NCBI GenBank assembly: GCA_041500865.1
Contig: JBGQMY010000006.1
Coordinates: 1 to 53,475 of the forward strand
Direction: 5' to 3'
DNA: 53,475 bases
Origin: Candidatus Micrarchaeia archaeon
Lineage (GTDB): Archaea > Micrarchaeota > Micrarchaeia > Anstonellales > J096
The position numbers and the translations under genes are program-made. Within the stretch, counting starts at the first letter, position 1; every line of letters starts with the position of its first letter. Shown piece after piece: positions 33,537 to 43,598 of this stretch. The notes beneath the pieces are model-generated. The model worked only from the letters and a program-made list of their open reading frames with translations. It did not search any database and was not told the DNA's origin.

Positions 33537-35051
33537 ATGCTCATTGTGAAGGGCAAAGGTTTAATTATAGCCGCTGTTCTGGCAATCCTTTTTGTCAGCG
33601 GCTGTGTTCTGCAGTCCTCCTGGCCAGCAATGCATAAAATGCCAAACAGCGCAGCAGGGCAAAATCCAGGTTGCGCAAACGCAAGCGCGAAAACCTGGGC
33701 AAAGGTGTTTGGCGGACCTGGATTCAATGAGGAGCTCTCGCTCCAGCAGACTTCAGACGGAGGTTATGCAGTTGTTGGATACCTCAATACCGGGCCCTCC
33801 GTGTATCCATCCGGCGAAAAGCCGTATGACGCCCTTTTGTTCAAGGTTGATGCAGATGGAAACATGCTATGGAACAGAACATATGGGGGCAACGAAAGCG
33901 ATTTCGCGTTTTCGCTCCAGCAGACTTCAGATAGCGGATATATAGTCGGCGGGGAAACGCGATCATTTGGAGGCAGTGAGGCCTACCTCATAAAAACAGA
34001 TGAGAATGGAAGCATGCAATGGAACAGGACATTTGATTTGTGCGAAGGTAAAGAAGGCAACAGGATACTCTCGGTCAGGCAAACATCTGACGGCGGATAT
34101 ATAACAGCCGGGTTTACGTTTTCCTGCAGCCAGAAGCTCTGGGGGGAAAGGGGCGGATGGGATGACTCCTTTATTATGAAAACCGACGCGAGCGGAAATG
34201 AGGTCTGGGAAACTGCTTTTGGGTCAAAGGACGATGTTGACAGGGCGACTTCGGTCCAGCAGGTCGCTGACGGAGGGTATGTGACAATTGGGTATGTACA
34301 CTATTATGACCCGCATGGGCCTGTCTATATCTACGGGCAGGACATCTATCTGGCGAAATTTGACAAGGACGGAAACATGCTGTGGAATAAAACATTCGGA
34401 GTCGGAAACAAGACAGCGCCTGGAAACGGGTTGAATGAGGCAGAGGTGTTCCAGCAGACTTCTGACGGAGGTTATGTGGTTGTCGGGCAAGGGGCAGACT
34501 CAAGGGTCTATCTGCTTAAAACAGATTCAAACGGAACCAAACTCTGGGAAAAGCCACTAGGCAATTTGAATAGCTGGGGATACTCTGTAAAGCAAACGGC
34601 AGACGGCGGATACTTCATCATTGGGGATACAATCATCGCAGATGCAAACGGGAACAGAGTAGACTATGAAGAAAGAACCATAATTGTCGGAGACAAGGTC
34701 ATTCTTGATACTGGAAAGGCAATATACTTCCTGAAAATTGATGCGAACGGAAGCATAGTGTCAGAGGCATTTGGGATGTACCGCGGCGGCGGCAGGGTAT
34801 GGCCAATCCAGCAGACACCTGACAACGGATACATAAGCGCCGAAACCATATTTCCAAGGACCAGCGCAACAACATATACAAGCACAACAGAGATCCTCCT
34901 GATGAAGATGAATGAAAAGGGGTTTGTCTGCAACCTGTCCTTTGGCCAGCCGTGCACGCTGCTCCCCGAGCCGCGGTGGATAAACGACCCAACATGCTGG
35001 AACATTACTTATGATGAAGCATACAGGAACAACCCATATCTTCCTGGATAA
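33537..35051 (+). CDS. Lipoprotein with beta-propeller repeats
   Basis: Lipobox LFVSGC; repeated QQTSDGGYxxxG...YLxKxDxxGxxxWxKTFG units. Confidence 0.85.
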   Translation: MLIVKGKGLIIAAVLAILFVSGCVLQSSWPAMHKMPNSAAGQNPGCANASAKTWAKVFGGPGFNEELSLQQTSDGGYAVVGYLNTGPSVYPSGEKPYDALLFKVDADGNMLWNRTYGGNESDFAFSLQQTSDSGYIVGGETRSFGGSEAYLIKTDENGSMQWNRTFDLCEGKEGNRILSVRQTSDGGYITAGFTFSCSQKLWGERGGWDDSFIMKTDASGNEVWETAFGSKDDVDRATSVQQVADGGYVTIGYVHYYDPHGPVYIYGQDIYLAKFDKDGNMLWNKTFGVGNKTAPGNGLNEAEVFQQTSDGGYVVVGQGADSRVYLLKTDSNGTKLWEKPLGNLNSWGYSVKQTADGGYFIIGDTIIADANGNRVDYEERTIIVGDKVILDTGKAIYFLKIDANGSIVSEAFGMYRGGGRVWPIQQTPDNGYISAETIFPRTSATTYTSTTEILLMKMNEKGFVCNLSFGQPCTLLPEPRWINDPTCWNITYDEAYRNNPYLPG

Positions 35052-35062
35052 GGTGGCCAGAT

Positions 35063-37753
35063 ATGCAAAAAACCAAAAGAGGGAACATCATGCAAATGAG
35101 AAATGCAATCCTATTGCTGGTTTTGGCTGTTTTCATCAGCGGCTGTGTCCAGCAGCCGTCCAAGCCGCCAACACCCGGGGCGCCAAACTATACGCCAACC
35201 GGAAATGGATGGGCAAAGGTATTTGACGGGCTTCATGTGTCTGCGGCACAGCCAACCTCTGACGGCGGATTTATCGTTCTTGGTACTACGGCTAATGGCG
35301 GCATGAAAAGCATATATGGGTTAGCATATTCCTATGGATATCTGCTCAAGACAGACTCAAACGGAAGCAAGATGTGGAACAGGACATTCAGGACTGAAGG
35401 AATATGGTCAGTCAAACAAACATCAGACAACGGATACATGCTTGCTGGCAGCATAAACAAACGCCAGAATGACGGAAGCTATTTGGAGGCGGGCAACATC
35501 AGCGACATGTGCGATTACCAAAGCAGGATTGAAAGCGACGTCTACCTGGAAAAGCTGGATGCGGCAGGAAACATATTGTGGAACAGGACACTTGATGTGG
35601 CGCCTGGCAAATGCGATGTTGCCACTTCAATGCAGCAGAATCCTGATGGTGGTTATACAGTTTTTGGGGATATAAGGGGCTGCCCAGGCTCAGGGAATGC
35701 AACATTCTTTCTCAAGACAGACGCTGGCGGAAACAAAGTATCGGAAAAAACAATTGAGTTTGAAGGGCACTTTGATTATCCGCCAGCCTTGGTCCAAAAG
35801 ACTTCGGACGGAGGATACCTAATAGACGCTGGCATAGGGGGTATCAATCTAACGGCAGGGCGCCATCTGTTCAAGATTGATGCGAACGGAACCAAGCTCT
35901 GGGACAGGCCGATTGAAGAAGGAACCCTTATCATCCTGCCATCCCACGGATTCATGGTAATCCAAGGCGATTTTGTCCTGAGATTTGATGAAAACGGAAA
36001 CCAGCTGGAAAAGGACGAGCTGAAGCCTGAAATCAGCCTTTGCTATGGCCAGCCGCACTCGGCGCTGCTGCTCCCTGACGGGGGGTATGTCATTGCCAAG
36101 GAGGGCGCCTGCCTCATAAAAGTGGATGCAAACGGAAACACGGCATGGGAAAGGCAATTGGTGACTGGCGAGGATTTTGATGTGCTTGAGCCTTTGGTCT
36201 TTCAAACATCTGACAATGGATTTGTAGTCATCGGGAACGCGGCATATGGCTGGCACCAGGTCGGCGGCGGCTATGCTGCAGGAAAGCTTGGCGAAGGCGA
36301 GACGAGCATCGTCATGGTAAAGACGGATGAAAGCGGGAGTTTTCACCAGGCGATAGCCCCAAAATACCCAACACAATCCCACATCCATGCTTCTGAAAAA
36401 ATACCAGCATCCGCAGAAACAGCAGGGCCGGGATGGAACAAAACGTTTGGAGGAGATCTAAACAGCAGGGCAAATGCCATCCAGCAGACTACAGATGGGG
36501 GATACATCGTTGCTGGGTATAAAGGCTATGGCATGACATATCCATCTGGCCTGAATGGCACAATAATCCTGGAAAAGGCGGCCGCCTATCTGCTGAAAAT
36601 CGATTCAAACGGAAGCAAGGCCTGGGAAAAATCATTCGGAGGGATAGACATGTCTGCCTGCTCTGGCTATGACAATATTATATGCAGCCTGAACCAGAAC
36701 AATACATCTGGATGGCTTGGTGAAACCGTAGGGCGCTCTGTGCAGCAGACTTCAGACGGCGGATATATAATTGTGGGAGCGTACCATTCCAGCAAACTGC
36801 ACAATAGGACGTCTTCTTCTGACCATGAATTCTTTGGATATGACAAGGGAGACGAGGTCTATCTTGTAAAGACCGATGCCAGCGGCAACATGCAGTGGAA
36901 CAAAACGTTCGGGGAATATTGGCAGGAGATAGGCAATTCAGTCAGGCAGACTTCAGACGGCGGGTATTTTATTGTCGGGACTACGGATTCCTTCGGCACA
37001 AGCCCCTGCAGCGCAGAGGAGCTTGGGCAATCGGCCCCTGAAGACGTTTATCTGATAAAAACAGATGCAAACGGAAATGAAGTCTGGAAAAAGACATTTG
37101 GAGGGGCCTATAATGATATGGCATTCTCAGGCCAGCAGACCTCCGACGGGGGATACATCGTGGCAGGCCTGACAGCCTCATTGAGCGGAAATGGCGTGGA
37201 GGACGTGTACCTGCTGAAAATTGACGCCAACGGAAATAAAATGTGGGAAAAGGCATTTGGAGACAGAGACAGAAGCGAGGCAGGATATTCAGTCCAGCAG
37301 ACCTCCGACGGGGGATACATAATTGCCGGACAGACGGTTTGGGCGGTTATGGGGCAATGGTTTATACAGTCAGACGTTTATCTGGTAAAAACAGATGCCA
37401 ATGGGAACGAGATTTGGGAAAAGGAGTTTGGGGGAAACTCGAGCGACTTTGGATACTCTGTTTCGCAGACATCAGACGGGGGGTATGTCATTGCCGGATT
37501 TACAGGTTCCTTTGAGGACTTGGGCGCAACCTATCTCATTAAGACAGACGCAAACGGGGATGAAGTCTGGGAAAAGACCTTTGAAGGCATAAGCGGAATA
37601 TCCGGGACGATTTCAGCGCAGCAGACCTCCGACGGAGGGTATATCATAAGCGCCGGGAACATCCAGACCCATGCCATATCATCTGATGTTTTGCCATATG
37701 GAACCGGAGACGATGCCTATATCATAAAGACTGATGAGAACGGGAATGTTTGA
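35063..37753 (+). CDS. Lipoprotein with two beta-propeller repeat domains
   Basis: Lipobox FISGC, Pro-rich linker, two blocks of QTSDGGY/KTDANGN repeats separated by a P/S/T linker. Confidence 0.87.
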   Translation: MQKTKRGNIMQMRNAILLLVLAVFISGCVQQPSKPPTPGAPNYTPTGNGWAKVFDGLHVSAAQPTSDGGFIVLGTTANGGMKSIYGLAYSYGYLLKTDSNGSKMWNRTFRTEGIWSVKQTSDNGYMLAGSINKRQNDGSYLEAGNISDMCDYQSRIESDVYLEKLDAAGNILWNRTLDVAPGKCDVATSMQQNPDGGYTVFGDIRGCPGSGNATFFLKTDAGGNKVSEKTIEFEGHFDYPPALVQKTSDGGYLIDAGIGGINLTAGRHLFKIDANGTKLWDRPIEEGTLIILPSHGFMVIQGDFVLRFDENGNQLEKDELKPEISLCYGQPHSALLLPDGGYVIAKEGACLIKVDANGNTAWERQLVTGEDFDVLEPLVFQTSDNGFVVIGNAAYGWHQVGGGYAAGKLGEGETSIVMVKTDESGSFHQAIAPKYPTQSHIHASEKIPASAETAGPGWNKTFGGDLNSRANAIQQTTDGGYIVAGYKGYGMTYPSGLNGTIILEKAAAYLLKIDSNGSKAWEKSFGGIDMSACSGYDNIICSLNQNNTSGWLGETVGRSVQQTSDGGYIIVGAYHSSKLHNRTSSSDHEFFGYDKGDEVYLVKTDASGNMQWNKTFGEYWQEIGNSVRQTSDGGYFIVGTTDSFGTSPCSAEELGQSAPEDVYLIKTDANGNEVWKKTFGGAYNDMAFSGQQTSDGGYIVAGLTASLSGNGVEDVYLLKIDANGNKMWEKAFGDRDRSEAGYSVQQTSDGGYIIAGQTVWAVMGQWFIQSDVYLVKTDANGNEIWEKEFGGNSSDFGYSVSQTSDGGYVIAGFTGSFEDLGATYLIKTDANGDEVWEKTFEGISGISGTISAQQTSDGGYIISAGNIQTHAISSDVLPYGTGDDAYIIKTDENGNV

Positions 37754-37783
37754 AATTTTTTAAGGTTTTTGGGCATTAAGGAA

Positions 37784-38410
37784 TCATTCATTGAGAGCCT
37801 TCCACAAAAACTCTCCCTTCTTCTCCCCGACCGTTTCCTGGATGTCCGCCTTTGATGCGTTCGCGAGCCCGGCGACGCTCTTGAACCTTGCAACGAGCTT
37901 CTCGGCCGCCTTGGGCCCAATGCCGTAAACCGCCTCAATCATCGCCGTTTTTGACCTTTCGCTGTCCTTCTGCTTCTTCTCCTTGAACTCTTTCACGTAC
38001 CTGTTGCGCGTGACCTGCTCGTGCCTTGCAAGCGCGAAAACGAGCTCTGCCGTGCGCTTCATGTCCTTGGAGAATATGACGGATGCGCCGCAGTCCGAAA
38101 TCAGGTACGACATCGCGCCCAGTATCGCCCTCTCGTCCAGCCTGTCAAAAGGTGCGCTGCCCTCAATTATTATGACGGGCCTTTCGCAGCTCTTGTTCAT
38201 TTTCTCCACTTGGGAAAAAAGCCTGCCGTCAATGATGGACTGCTCGAAGTCCGGCCTTGCCTTCCTTTCTATGGCGACGCGTTCCGACGCTATGAAGTCG
38301 CCCACTGAAAGCTGCCTCACTATGACGCGCGCTCCGAGCCTGTTTATCATGTCCAGCAGCTCCGGAGGCTCCCTGTGGTCCGCCAGGACGGTTACGATTT
38401 CGTCCTTCAT
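37784..38410 (-). CDS. ERCC4/XPF-type structure-specific nuclease with HhH2 (Hef nuclease-like)
   Basis: ADHRE, GDF, IERK...D...SIIDGRLFSQ, IIEG, GIGPKAA...F.SV..LANAS..D. Confidence 0.92.
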   Translation of the reverse strand: MKDEIVTVLADHREPPELLDMINRLGARVIVRQLSVGDFIASERVAIERKARPDFEQSIIDGRLFSQVEKMNKSCERPVIIIEGSAPFDRLDERAILGAMSYLISDCGASVIFSKDMKRTAELVFALARHEQVTRNRYVKEFKEKKQKDSERSKTAMIEAVYGIGPKAAEKLVARFKSVAGLANASKADIQETVGEKKGEFLWKALNE

Positions 38411-39090
38411 TTTGCCTCTCCCAGTATCTCGTCTATCTCGTCAAAGCCTATGGAGCACCCGCCGTACTTGAGCGAGTAGAGCGATGACTCGAGCATCTTC
38501 TTCGGGTTGGAATACGTGGAAAAATAGCCCTCGCTGTAAGCCACTGCGACAAGCTCGGAGCTCCTTATGACCTTCAGGCCTTCGGCGCTCTCCTTGAAGC
38601 CGTCAAAGTTCCTTTTGTTTACCATCACGTTGACGCCCATCTCCTTTTCCATGTGGTCCTTGAGCGCGAAGGGCGACTCGATGAGCATCCTTGTGGTTCT
38701 TTCATCCATCAGCACGATATCCGCATCAGTCTCGGACGCAAGCGCTATCATGTCCGCCTCCCCCAGGTCAACCAAGTGCACCGGATTCGCCCTTGCGTAG
38801 AACATCGTGTTTGCAAGGTCCATTATGCTTTTCGCCTTGTCCAGCGTGTCGTACATGGATATGTTAAGTATCCTGTCCTCAATCGCCTTTTTCATCCTCA
38901 TCGCAGACAGCTCGTAGGCTTTCATGGATATGGCAAGCGGCCTTTCCACAATCTCCCTTTCAACAGCCTGCGGCACCACGAACTCCGCGTTGCGGCTCTT
39001 TGTGAAGAAGTACATGATGTCTATCAAACAGGAGTTTGTCATGGATATCAATGCGGAGGAATCGCACAGCACGACCTTTTTTGCTGCCAT
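38407..39090 (-). CDS. PIN-domain protein
   Basis: LCDSSALI, VPQAVEREI, DLGEADMIALA, MDERTTR (acidic PIN residues). Confidence 0.8.
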   Translation of the reverse strand: MAAKKVVLCDSSALISMTNSCLIDIMYFFTKSRNAEFVVPQAVEREIVERPLAISMKAYELSAMRMKKAIEDRILNISMYDTLDKAKSIMDLANTMFYARANPVHLVDLGEADMIALASETDADIVLMDERTTRMLIESPFALKDHMEKEMGVNVMVNKRNFDGFKESAEGLKVIRSSELVAVAYSEGYFSTYSNPKKMLESSLYSLKYGGCSIGFDEIDEILGEAK

Positions 39091-39091
39091 G

Positions 39092-39658
39092 TCATTCGCC
39101 CCTTAGCGCGCCCTTGGCGGTCTTTATCCTTTCAGAGGCCGTTATCTCGCCCTTCACCCTGTCAAACATCATGGTTTTTCCGGCGTACGCCATTATCTCC
39201 TGCTGCGGTATGCCCAGCGCCTTGCTCACCACGCCCAGGGAAACGCCCTTGGCATACAGCTTGGCAGCTATCTTTATCTTCGCCTTCGTCAGCAGGTCTA
39301 TCACGTAGCGCTTGTCAGTCGCCTCTATCTCCAGCGCAAGGCCATTGAGCTCCCTTATGCTTTGCAGGACGTCCTGGTTGCTTCCCTTCCTGCATATCTC
39401 ATCGAGCCTGTCCCCGACCTCGTCCTTGTCCTCTTCCTCAAACCTGCGCTTTGTCAGCAGCTTGTAGAGAAGGTAGGAAATGATGGCCAATTCAACCCCG
39501 TCCTGGGAGAATTCCTGCATAAGCTCGTTGGTTATCCTCTCGCTTATGTCCTTGAGGTCCACAATCCGTCTCTTTTTGTAGGCGATGTTCATGTCGCAAA
39601 GGTACTTTAAGTCGTCCATAAGGGGATTTCCGTCAAGGCTTTTAAATAGTTTAGCCAT
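39092..39658 (-). CDS. Hypothetical protein with C-terminal HTH-like motif
   Basis: KLYAKGVSLGVVSKALGIPQQEIMAYAGKT; translationally coupled to the PIN gene. Confidence 0.7.
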   Translation of the reverse strand: MAKLFKSLDGNPLMDDLKYLCDMNIAYKKRRIVDLKDISERITNELMQEFSQDGVELAIISYLLYKLLTKRRFEEEDKDEVGDRLDEICRKGSNQDVLQSIRELNGLALEIEATDKRYVIDLLTKAKIKIAAKLYAKGVSLGVVSKALGIPQQEIMAYAGKTMMFDRVKGEITASERIKTAKGALRGE

Positions 39659-39669
39659 AATCCCGTTTC

Positions 39670-40290
39670 ATGGTCAAGCTGGTAGCCTTCGACCTCTGGA
39701 AGACGCTTGCAGAGAAGCCGTTCATATCAGAGAAAATCCGTGAGGAATTCTGCCCGCAAAGCAGCCTGCGCCCCGCATATTTCATAAAGCTGTTCGAGGA
39801 AGCCACGCATACCGTGCGCTGGGGCAGCAGGGAGGCGATGGCCGAGAGCACGCTGAAAAAGCTTGGCGCGGTGCCGAGCGAGAGAAACGCGGCAAGGTTC
39901 ATAGACATAATGGAGGAAGCTGAGGGTGGCTTTTCGGTCTATCCACACGTTATACCGATGCTAAGGGCCCTCAAGGTCCATGGCTACGTGACAGGCATCG
40001 TCTCCAACACCAACATCTTTTCGGTTGAGCGTATCAGGGAGAAATCCGATATCCTGAGGCATATAGACTTCCCTGTATTTTCATTTGAGGTCGGCGCAAT
40101 AAAGCCGGACAAGGCAATTTTCAAGGAGCTGCTGGAAAGGTCGGGCTGCGAGCCATGGGACGCCGTCATGGTCGGCGACAGCGAGGATGACGACGTAATC
40201 CCGGCAAGGGAGCTGGGAATGAAAGCCGTCCTTTACGGAAGCTACGGCCAGCTGAAGGGCGATTTCGAGAAGCTGGGCATACACGTCTGA
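39670..40290 (+). CDS. HAD-superfamily hydrolase
   Basis: FDLWKTL (atypical DxW), SNT, KPD..IF, MVGDS..DD..PA..LGM. Confidence 0.85.
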   Translation: MVKLVAFDLWKTLAEKPFISEKIREEFCPQSSLRPAYFIKLFEEATHTVRWGSREAMAESTLKKLGAVPSERNAARFIDIMEEAEGGFSVYPHVIPMLRALKVHGYVTGIVSNTNIFSVERIREKSDILRHIDFPVFSFEVGAIKPDKAIFKELLERSGCEPWDAVMVGDSEDDDVIPARELGMKAVLYGSYGQLKGDFEKLGIHV

Positions 40291-40345
40291 TTTAGGGCAT
40301 GCCTACATTTTTAAACCTCCAATCACATATCTAAGCGGTGGTAAC

Positions 40346-41776
40346 ATGCCTTATGGCGGATACAGCTATCTTGAGCCGGACTACAAGCCAGGGAAAGACG
40401 ATTTCGTCGTTTTGCTTTGGGTCAAAGGGGAATCAAACATCGAGCACCTTGCCGAGGGCATTGCGGCAGAAAGCTCCGTAGGGACGTTTACAAAGATAAG
40501 GACGATGAACGAGCGCGTGTTCAAGCACTACCGTGCGCACGTTTTTGAGATAATCCGCTCGTCTGACAATTCCGGGTTCGTAAAAATCGCGTATCCGCTC
40601 GAGCATTTTGACCAGAAAAACGTGATACAGTTCTGCGCAAGCGTGCTTGGCAACATCTTCGGGCTTCTGGAGATAGACGAGCTTTACATAATGGACATCT
40701 CGTTCCCTGAGAGATACCAAAAGCAGTTCAAGGGGCCCATAGGCCTTGAGGCAATACGAAAATACGTGGGAACGTCAAAGTCCAGGAGGCCGCACTGCGG
40801 CACAATCGTGAAGCCAAAAGTAGGGCTTACGCCAAAGGAATTCGCCGACATCGCATACAAGGTGCTGTCCAACGGCCTTGACCTTGTCAAGGACGACGAG
40901 AACCTTGTCGACCAGGGATTCTGCAGGTGGAAGGACAGGGCGGACTTGGTGAACAAGGCAATGGACAGGGCGGAAAAGGAAACGGGCGAAAAGAAGCTCT
41001 ATTGCTGCAACGTCTCAGACTCGTCCATTGAGCGCATGGAGGAGCGGCTGGACTACCTGCACAGCCACGGCCTCAAGCTCGTGATGCTGGACGTCTTCAT
41101 GCTCGGCTGGCCTGCGACGATGCACATGGTTGAGCTTGCGCACAAGTACGGCATGTTCACGCATGCGCACAGGGCAGGGTTCGCTGCATTGCACAGGGGC
41201 AATTACGGATACAACTTCGGCATCCTTGAAAAGTTCTACAGGATGATAGGCCTTGACCAGGTCCATGTCGGAACCGGCGTCGGCAAGATGGACGGCGCGC
41301 CGCACAGCATAAGGCGGTTCGCCAGGATTGCGCAAAACTCCAACATAAAGGCGAGCATAGCTGAGGCAGGCTTGGACAATTCGAGATTCATACCTTCCAT
41401 AAAGCCGTTCATGCCAGTGGCGTCAGGGGGCCTGCATGCCGGGCTTACCGAAGGCCTTTATGAGATTTTCGGCAACGACTTCACGATGCAGGCCGGCGGC
41501 GGGGTGCACGGCCATCCGAAGGGCTCGGAGGCAGGGGCAAGGGCATTGAGGGCCGCCTCTGACGCAATCGGCGAGGGCGTCACGCTTGAGGAAAAGGCAA
41601 AAACGTCAAAAGACCTTGCAGAGGAGCTGAAGGTTTTCGGATACGTGAAGGGCTACAAGGTCAGGGCCATGCTGAACGTGTTTGACGAGAACAGGGCGCT
41701 GTTCGACGCAACGGTCAAAAGGCAGGGCCTTGCCGCCTTGAGGCTTTTCGACAGGTCGTTTGACGCGAGGGCGTAA
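40346..41776 (+). CDS. rbcL: RuBisCO large subunit, form III-type
   Basis: AESSVGT, GNIFG, GTIVKPKVGL, KDDE, HAHRA, HVGT.VGKM, PVASGG, QAGGGVHGHP; the full catalytic set is present. TTTTTAAA box at 40308-40315. Confidence 0.93.
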   Translation: MPYGGYSYLEPDYKPGKDDFVVLLWVKGESNIEHLAEGIAAESSVGTFTKIRTMNERVFKHYRAHVFEIIRSSDNSGFVKIAYPLEHFDQKNVIQFCASVLGNIFGLLEIDELYIMDISFPERYQKQFKGPIGLEAIRKYVGTSKSRRPHCGTIVKPKVGLTPKEFADIAYKVLSNGLDLVKDDENLVDQGFCRWKDRADLVNKAMDRAEKETGEKKLYCCNVSDSSIERMEERLDYLHSHGLKLVMLDVFMLGWPATMHMVELAHKYGMFTHAHRAGFAALHRGNYGYNFGILEKFYRMIGLDQVHVGTGVGKMDGAPHSIRRFARIAQNSNIKASIAEAGLDNSRFIPSIKPFMPVASGGLHAGLTEGLYEIFGNDFTMQAGGGVHGHPKGSEAGARALRAASDAIGEGVTLEEKAKTSKDLAEELKVFGYVKGYKVRAMLNVFDENRALFDATVKRQGLAALRLFDRSFDARA

Positions 41777-41777
41777 C

Positions 41778-42479
41778 ATGGAACCAGGCCAGGAGCAGGA
41801 TGCGGCAAGGAAAATGATTGTGAAGAAGGCAATCATCATAGTGCCAGCCGCAGTCATTCTCACCGGGCTCGCCCTTTTTGTCCCTGCCGGGACGTTGGAC
41901 TACTGGCAGGCTTGGGCATTCATGGCGGTCCTGTTCATCCCGTTCATCTTCGTTGCAACATATTTCCTGGGCAAGGACCCGAAATTCCTCGAAAGGAGGC
42001 TGAGGACAAAAGAGAATGTGGCCGGCCAAAAGAAACTGATACGGGCTACACAGCTGTTGTTTGTCATAGCCCTGCTTGTGCCTGGCCTTGACCATAGGTT
42101 CGGGTGGTCCCAGGTTCCTAGCTGGCTGGCCATAACTGCCGACCTGCTGGTGTTCCTCGGATACATGCTTATTTTCCTTGTATTCAAGGAAAATAGCTAT
42201 GCATCAAGGATAGTCGAGGTGGAAAAGGGGCAGAAGGTGATATCCACAGGCCCCTATGCGATAGTCAGGCATCCCATGTATTCCGGGACGGCCCTGATGT
42301 ACCTTTCCATGCCAGTTGCCCTTGGCTCATATTGGGCAATCGCCCTTTTCGCGCCCATAATACTGTTCATTATGGTGTTCAGGATAGCTGATGAGGAAAG
42401 GCTGCTCCTGAAGGAACTCCCAGGATACAGGGGATACATCGAAAAGGTCAGGTACAGGCTCATCCCCGGCGTATGGTAG
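41778..42479 (+). CDS. Isoprenylcysteine carboxyl methyltransferase (Ste14/PEMT) family membrane protein
   Basis: ENSYASRIVEV..GQKVISTGPYAIVRHPMY, EERLL..ELPGY..Y..KVRYRLIP. Confidence 0.9.
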   Translation: MEPGQEQDAARKMIVKKAIIIVPAAVILTGLALFVPAGTLDYWQAWAFMAVLFIPFIFVATYFLGKDPKFLERRLRTKENVAGQKKLIRATQLLFVIALLVPGLDHRFGWSQVPSWLAITADLLVFLGYMLIFLVFKENSYASRIVEVEKGQKVISTGPYAIVRHPMYSGTALMYLSMPVALGSYWAIALFAPIILFIMVFRIADEERLLLKELPGYRGYIEKVRYRLIPGVW

Positions 42480-42481
42480 CC

Positions 42482-42964
42482 TCAGACCTTCGCAAGTATG
42501 ACAGTATAGTTTTGGCCATAGGCCTTTGCGCATTTTGGGCACATGGTGTAATAGAAATACATCTTCTCTGTCTTCTTGCCCCTTGACGCGGCATAGCCGT
42601 CCATCTCCCTTATCCACCTGCCCATGTTCTGGTACGGGCCCTCAAAAACCTCGCTCAGGAACGTCCCGGAGACGCTTTCCATCTTCGCGCCAGGCACGTC
42701 CTTGGTGACGGCAATGTAGGCATCAGAGCCGAAAAGGGAGTTCTCATCCGAAAGCATGAGCTGGCCCCCAAGGGCATTGGCAGCCTTTATCTTTTTCATG
42801 TTTTTGACGACTACCTGGCCGAAGTTCAGCGGAATGTGGAAAACGCTTATGACATGGTCTTTGACGAACAGCTTGTTTTTCCATGTTATCTCCTTTCCGC
42901 CCCATGGCTTCGGGTCAAACCTTTCGCAGCACCCGGTTTCAGATTTTTCATATAGTTTGTCCAT
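42482..42964 (-). CDS. GyrI-like small-molecule-binding/hydrolase-like protein
   Basis: GCCERFDP..W, FHIPLNFG, SEVFEGPY, YYTMCPKCAKAYGQNY. Confidence 0.7.
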   Translation of the reverse strand: MDKLYEKSETGCCERFDPKPWGGKEITWKNKLFVKDHVISVFHIPLNFGQVVVKNMKKIKAANALGGQLMLSDENSLFGSDAYIAVTKDVPGAKMESVSGTFLSEVFEGPYQNMGRWIREMDGYAASRGKKTEKMYFYYTMCPKCAKAYGQNYTVILAKV

Positions 42965-43121
42965 GATGAGAATATTCCGGATTGCGCTTAAAACATTGCC
43001 ATGCTGCGTTACAGGCAAGCTTGAAAGATAGCATTGATTCGGTTTGCATCGCTGCCCGGATAGGGTTTATGAAAGAAAAAAAAGAATTTCCTATCCCGTT
43101 GCATCTCCCGGTTCAGGAATT

Positions 43122-43598
43122 CTATACGACCTTTGCAGTCAGGGTTCCGCTGCTCACGTACGGGAAGCCGGCGCTCACGTCTGTGTATGCTATGTTTACC
43201 TTAGCCGTGTAGCCGCTGTTGCTTTTTTGCGCGCCAAAAGCCCCTGTTGCGCTTGTGAGAACCCCTGAATTTTCGCCCACCGCGATGTTGCCGCTTGAAA
43301 CAGGGACGCTGACGGTCGTGCTGCCGATTGTGACGTTAATGCTGTTCAAGCTTATGGGGTTGCCGACGTTGTTCACCACTTTTATCGTAAAAGTACCTGC
43401 CGAATCCATGCTCCATCCGGTTACACCGACACCGGCAAAGCCTGCTGCCTTGTTGCCTATGAAGTTGCTCGGGTCGAATATGCCCATGGCAAACATCGCT
43501 ACCGCAATGATGACAACCAGGACTATCGCCCAGCCATAAGTCATCATGAAGTCGAGAGCCGCTTGGCCCTTTTTGCTGTTTTCAATCTTCATCGTCAT
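43122..43598 (-). CDS. Type IV pilin (probable major pilin), class III signal peptide
   Basis: KKG|QAALDFMMTYGWAIVLVVII; own promoter, GGTGA RBS, downstream U-tract. Confidence 0.88.
   Translation of the reverse strand: MTMKIENSKKGQAALDFMMTYGWAIVLVVIIAVAMFAMGIFDPSNFIGNKAAGFAGVGVTGWSMDSAGTFTIKVVNNVGNPISLNSINVTIGSTTVSVPVSSGNIAVGENSGVLTSATGAFGAQKSNSGYTAKVNIAYTDVSAGFPYVSSGTLTAKVV

Noticed and set aside
33537..37753. Diversity-generating retroelement or CRISPR-like repeats
   Set aside because: The repeats are in-frame propeller blades; no reverse transcriptase or adenine-specific TR/VR pair seen.
40346..41776. RuBisCO-like protein (form IV) for methionine salvage
   Set aside because: KPK, KDDE, HR, H-G-T..GK and SGG catalytic motifs are all intact, consistent with a true carboxylase.
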